NCBI RefSeq assembly: GCF_001447785.1
Contig: NW_015168689.1
Location: forward strand, 124,001-188,000
Direction of reading: 5' to 3'
Length of the DNA stretch: 64,000 bases
Source: Gekko japonicus
Taxonomy: Eukaryota
Shown here piece after piece: positions 61,132 through 64,000 of this stretch. The notes below the pieces were generated by a model. It searched no databases. It had not been told where the DNA came from and saw nothing but the letters and a program-made list of their open reading frames with translations. The translations under genes and the position numbers were made by a program. Numbering within the stretch: the first letter of the stretch is position 1; the number at the start of each line of letters is the position of its first letter.

Positions 61132-64000
61132 TTTGAATGAATTTTATTGTTACGGCACCCAGCCAGCAAAATAAAACCATAGAAATACAAATAAACTACA
61201 ATGGCCTAATAGTAAAATTTCCAAAGTGCAACAAGGTACTAAAAAATAACATTATACAATCATTTTGGTCGCTAAAACCAGACTTAAGATTACAATAAAA
61301 CACGATAAAAGGAAAGGAACTAAGATGACTTGGAAAGAGTAAAAGTTAAAATCAAACAGTCCTAACCGAAGTGACAACCAGGGCACTGATGAGCTTTTAT
61401 AACCAAGGAGCAAAATTTTGCAATCTGATGGAGCGCTGTATGTTCAAGGTTAAAAAACAAGTTTTCCATCTTATCCTGATCAGACGTGCCTGCCAAAAAA
61501 GCACAATATTCTAAAAATTGTGTGTCTAAAAATAAGAGAGAAAGACCTTACAATCCGGAGACAAATGACAATTGACCCAGAGTGAAGCAGTCACAGGTCA
61601 GACATACTATGGTCAGCATGCCCCATCATTTTTTTATCCTTAATAGTGGTGGCAACAAATGTTGCCATTTGGAGAAAAATGATTTTGTCTCTGTTTGTCA
61701 TTAAATAACCAATGTTCCCTCTAAACACAAACCACATTTTTCTGGTTCATTTCCATCCCTACAAACCAGGGTGAAAATGGTTTCCTTTAAATATTAATAA
61801 AACTAGTTTATTAATAAACTAATAAACCCAAAGTATGGTTGCCCAGCATCTTTACTTGGAAAATGATGCTGGGATATAATGAAGCTGCCTTATTATATAG
61901 TTATATGTCAGAACATTCAATATATCAAGGTCACAATATTCTAAAAATTGTGTACCTAAAAATAAGAAAGACCTTACAATCCAGAGACAAATGACAATTG
62001 ACCCAGAGTGAAGCAGTCACAGGTCAGACATGCTATGGTCAGCATGCCCCATCATCTTGTTATCCTTAATAGTGGTGGCAACAAATGTTGCCATTTGGAG
62101 AAAAATGATTTTGTCTCTGTTTGTCATTAAATAACCAATGTTCCCTCTAAGAGCCAGTTTGGTGTAGTGGTTAAGTGCACGGACTCTAATCTGGGAGAAC
62201 TGGGTTTGATTCCCCACTCCTCAACTTGCACCCGCTGATGTGACCTTGGGTCAGTCACAAGCTCTGGCACAGCTGTCCTTGAAAAAGGGCAGTTTCTGTC
62301 AAGAGCTCTCTCAGCCCCACCCACCTCACAGGGTGTCTGTTGTGGGGAGGGGAAGGGAAAGGAGTTTGTGGAAAATGGGATATTATGGTCCACAAAAAAT
62401 CTATTATGTTCAACCTCATATCTTGTACACTGAAATGATATAGGAGAGATCCTCAATAGACATTTGATCACAGGATATGGTGATATATGGTATCTTATTA
62501 AAATAGCCTTCCAACACTGCAAGCACTAAAATATCTAGGCATGCCCTGGTAAAGGCCTTTCTGTATTTTCAATTTCTTAAACTGGTAATGTATGCTGAAA
62601 GAGTCAGGAGAGAGGGAGATAGCTGTCTATAAAGTATAGATGTTCTCAAGTTGCCAACAAGACCTACATTGGTTTGCACACTCTGATCTAGCAATCTTTG
62701 TTTTATGAGTAGTTTAGCTGCATGGAATCCAAGAGTCCTCAAGTATTGTACTGAGAAGCCAAGACTAGCCACCAGTCTCAACACAGAACTGTGCCATGAG
62801 TTATCCTTCATCTCTCCATACGCCAATGTCAAACGGCCTGGGGATGTACAGAAGATGATCTTCAGCCAGTAATTAATGGTTGTTTTATAAACTGGAGTTG
62901 TTACTGAAGGTGGAGATAATTCTACTCTAACCACCACAGCTGAAGGTGTTGATAGCAGAACAACGAGCAACTGGTGGACAAATTTGTTTTGAGAAATTTC
63001 TAAAGACTGGAGATTTTCAAAGCCCCATATTAGTGCTCCATACAGAAATTGGGGCAGTAACTTCATTTTGTAAATTTCTATAGTTGGAGGAATCAGGCAG
63101 CTTTCTCTCCTCCTATAAAATCTAAGAAGACCAAGGATGTCTTTTTCAATGTTATGCTTAGCATAGTCAATATGAGTTGTCCAAGAGCCTGATGAAACAT
63201 CACCCCTAAGCATTTAAAGCTGGAAACCTGTTCTAATGGTTTCTCATCCATTGTCCATTTATAATAATACAGTCTTCTAGCAAAAACCATGATCTTGGTT
63301 TTATCATAATTAACATTTTAAGTAGATAATTTTTACAGTAAGAGCTGTACGGCCTCAGTAGCCCTCTGAGACCAATTTGGGTGTGGGAAATTGGTAGTGT
63401 ATCATCTGCATAGAGTTGGATTGAAATGGTTTTCCCACCTACTTTGACTGGGAAGAAATGAGGACAGGACAGGAAATCTACTATATCATTTATGTATAGA
63501 TTAAAAGGCAATGGGGCCAAAATGTAACCTTGGCGGACCCCTTTTGTGGTTTTAACTGGGCTAAACAATTGGCCATGGGCACTTAGTCTGATCTTTAAAC
63601 TGGTGTTCGTACAAAGGCCTTTTTATACGCTCTAACAACCTATGGTCTATATTCACATTACTTAGTTTTCTCCATAAATGATATCGTGAGATGGAATCAA
63701 ATGTGGCTTTAAGATCAATAAACACCATATATACTAATTCCTTAGACGAACCATCTGAGTATTAATTAATAAGATGTTGCAGTAGGAGACAGTGATCCAG
63801 GGTGGAATGACCCTGCCTAAATTGCTAAATTACTAACAAATTATTTTCAATTACCCAAGTCTCCAGCTTCAAAGGAGATGTCTTGCATAAAGTTTTCCTA
63901 CTGCATCCAACAGGCTTATTGGTCTGTAGCTAGCAGGGTTGGTATGATCTTCTTTCTTACAAATTGGGACCACAGTAGAGGAGGTCCATTCTTGAGGGAA
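61132..64000 (-). mobile_element. RTE-X-like LINE copy 3 (divergent subfamily)
   Basis: KGVRQGYILAPLPFNLYIND, LYADD, LEQVSSFKCLGV, NYRPISLLD. Runs off the right edge. SINE inserted at 62150-62370. Confidence 0.85.
61502..62150 (+). repeat. ~220-bp direct duplication (61502-61724 and 61932-62150)
   Basis: Base-by-base match with a few substitutions and small indels. Confidence 0.92.

Overview
Vertebrate nuclear DNA, almost certainly a squamate and most likely a gecko (Sauria SINE, BovB, CR1/L1/L2/RTE-X-like LINEs, gecko-type hAT MITEs), from a scaffolded assembly with two N gaps. I cannot support any host protein-coding exon. The window reads as intronic or intergenic DNA made of nested, mostly decayed transposable elements, with a few repeat-free blocks that may be conserved enhancers. 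Main findings: (1) three copies of a non-autonomous Helitron-like element (TC-TATATA start, GC hairpin plus CTTG end) that carries a tRNA-SINE, hAT MITEs and an RFX X-box as shared cargo; (2) a Penelope-like insertion with a 16-bp TSD, a type I hammerhead-ribozyme core and a ~126-bp inverted duplication, one of three insertions in a single RTE-X-like LINE copy; (3) an internally deleted Gypsy provirus whose pol gap is filled by an antisense L1 fragment; (4) a hAT element carrying a GC-rich ~61-bp minisatellite; (5) a twin-primed L1 inversion. All alignments were made by eye, and family names need a Dfam/Repbase check.
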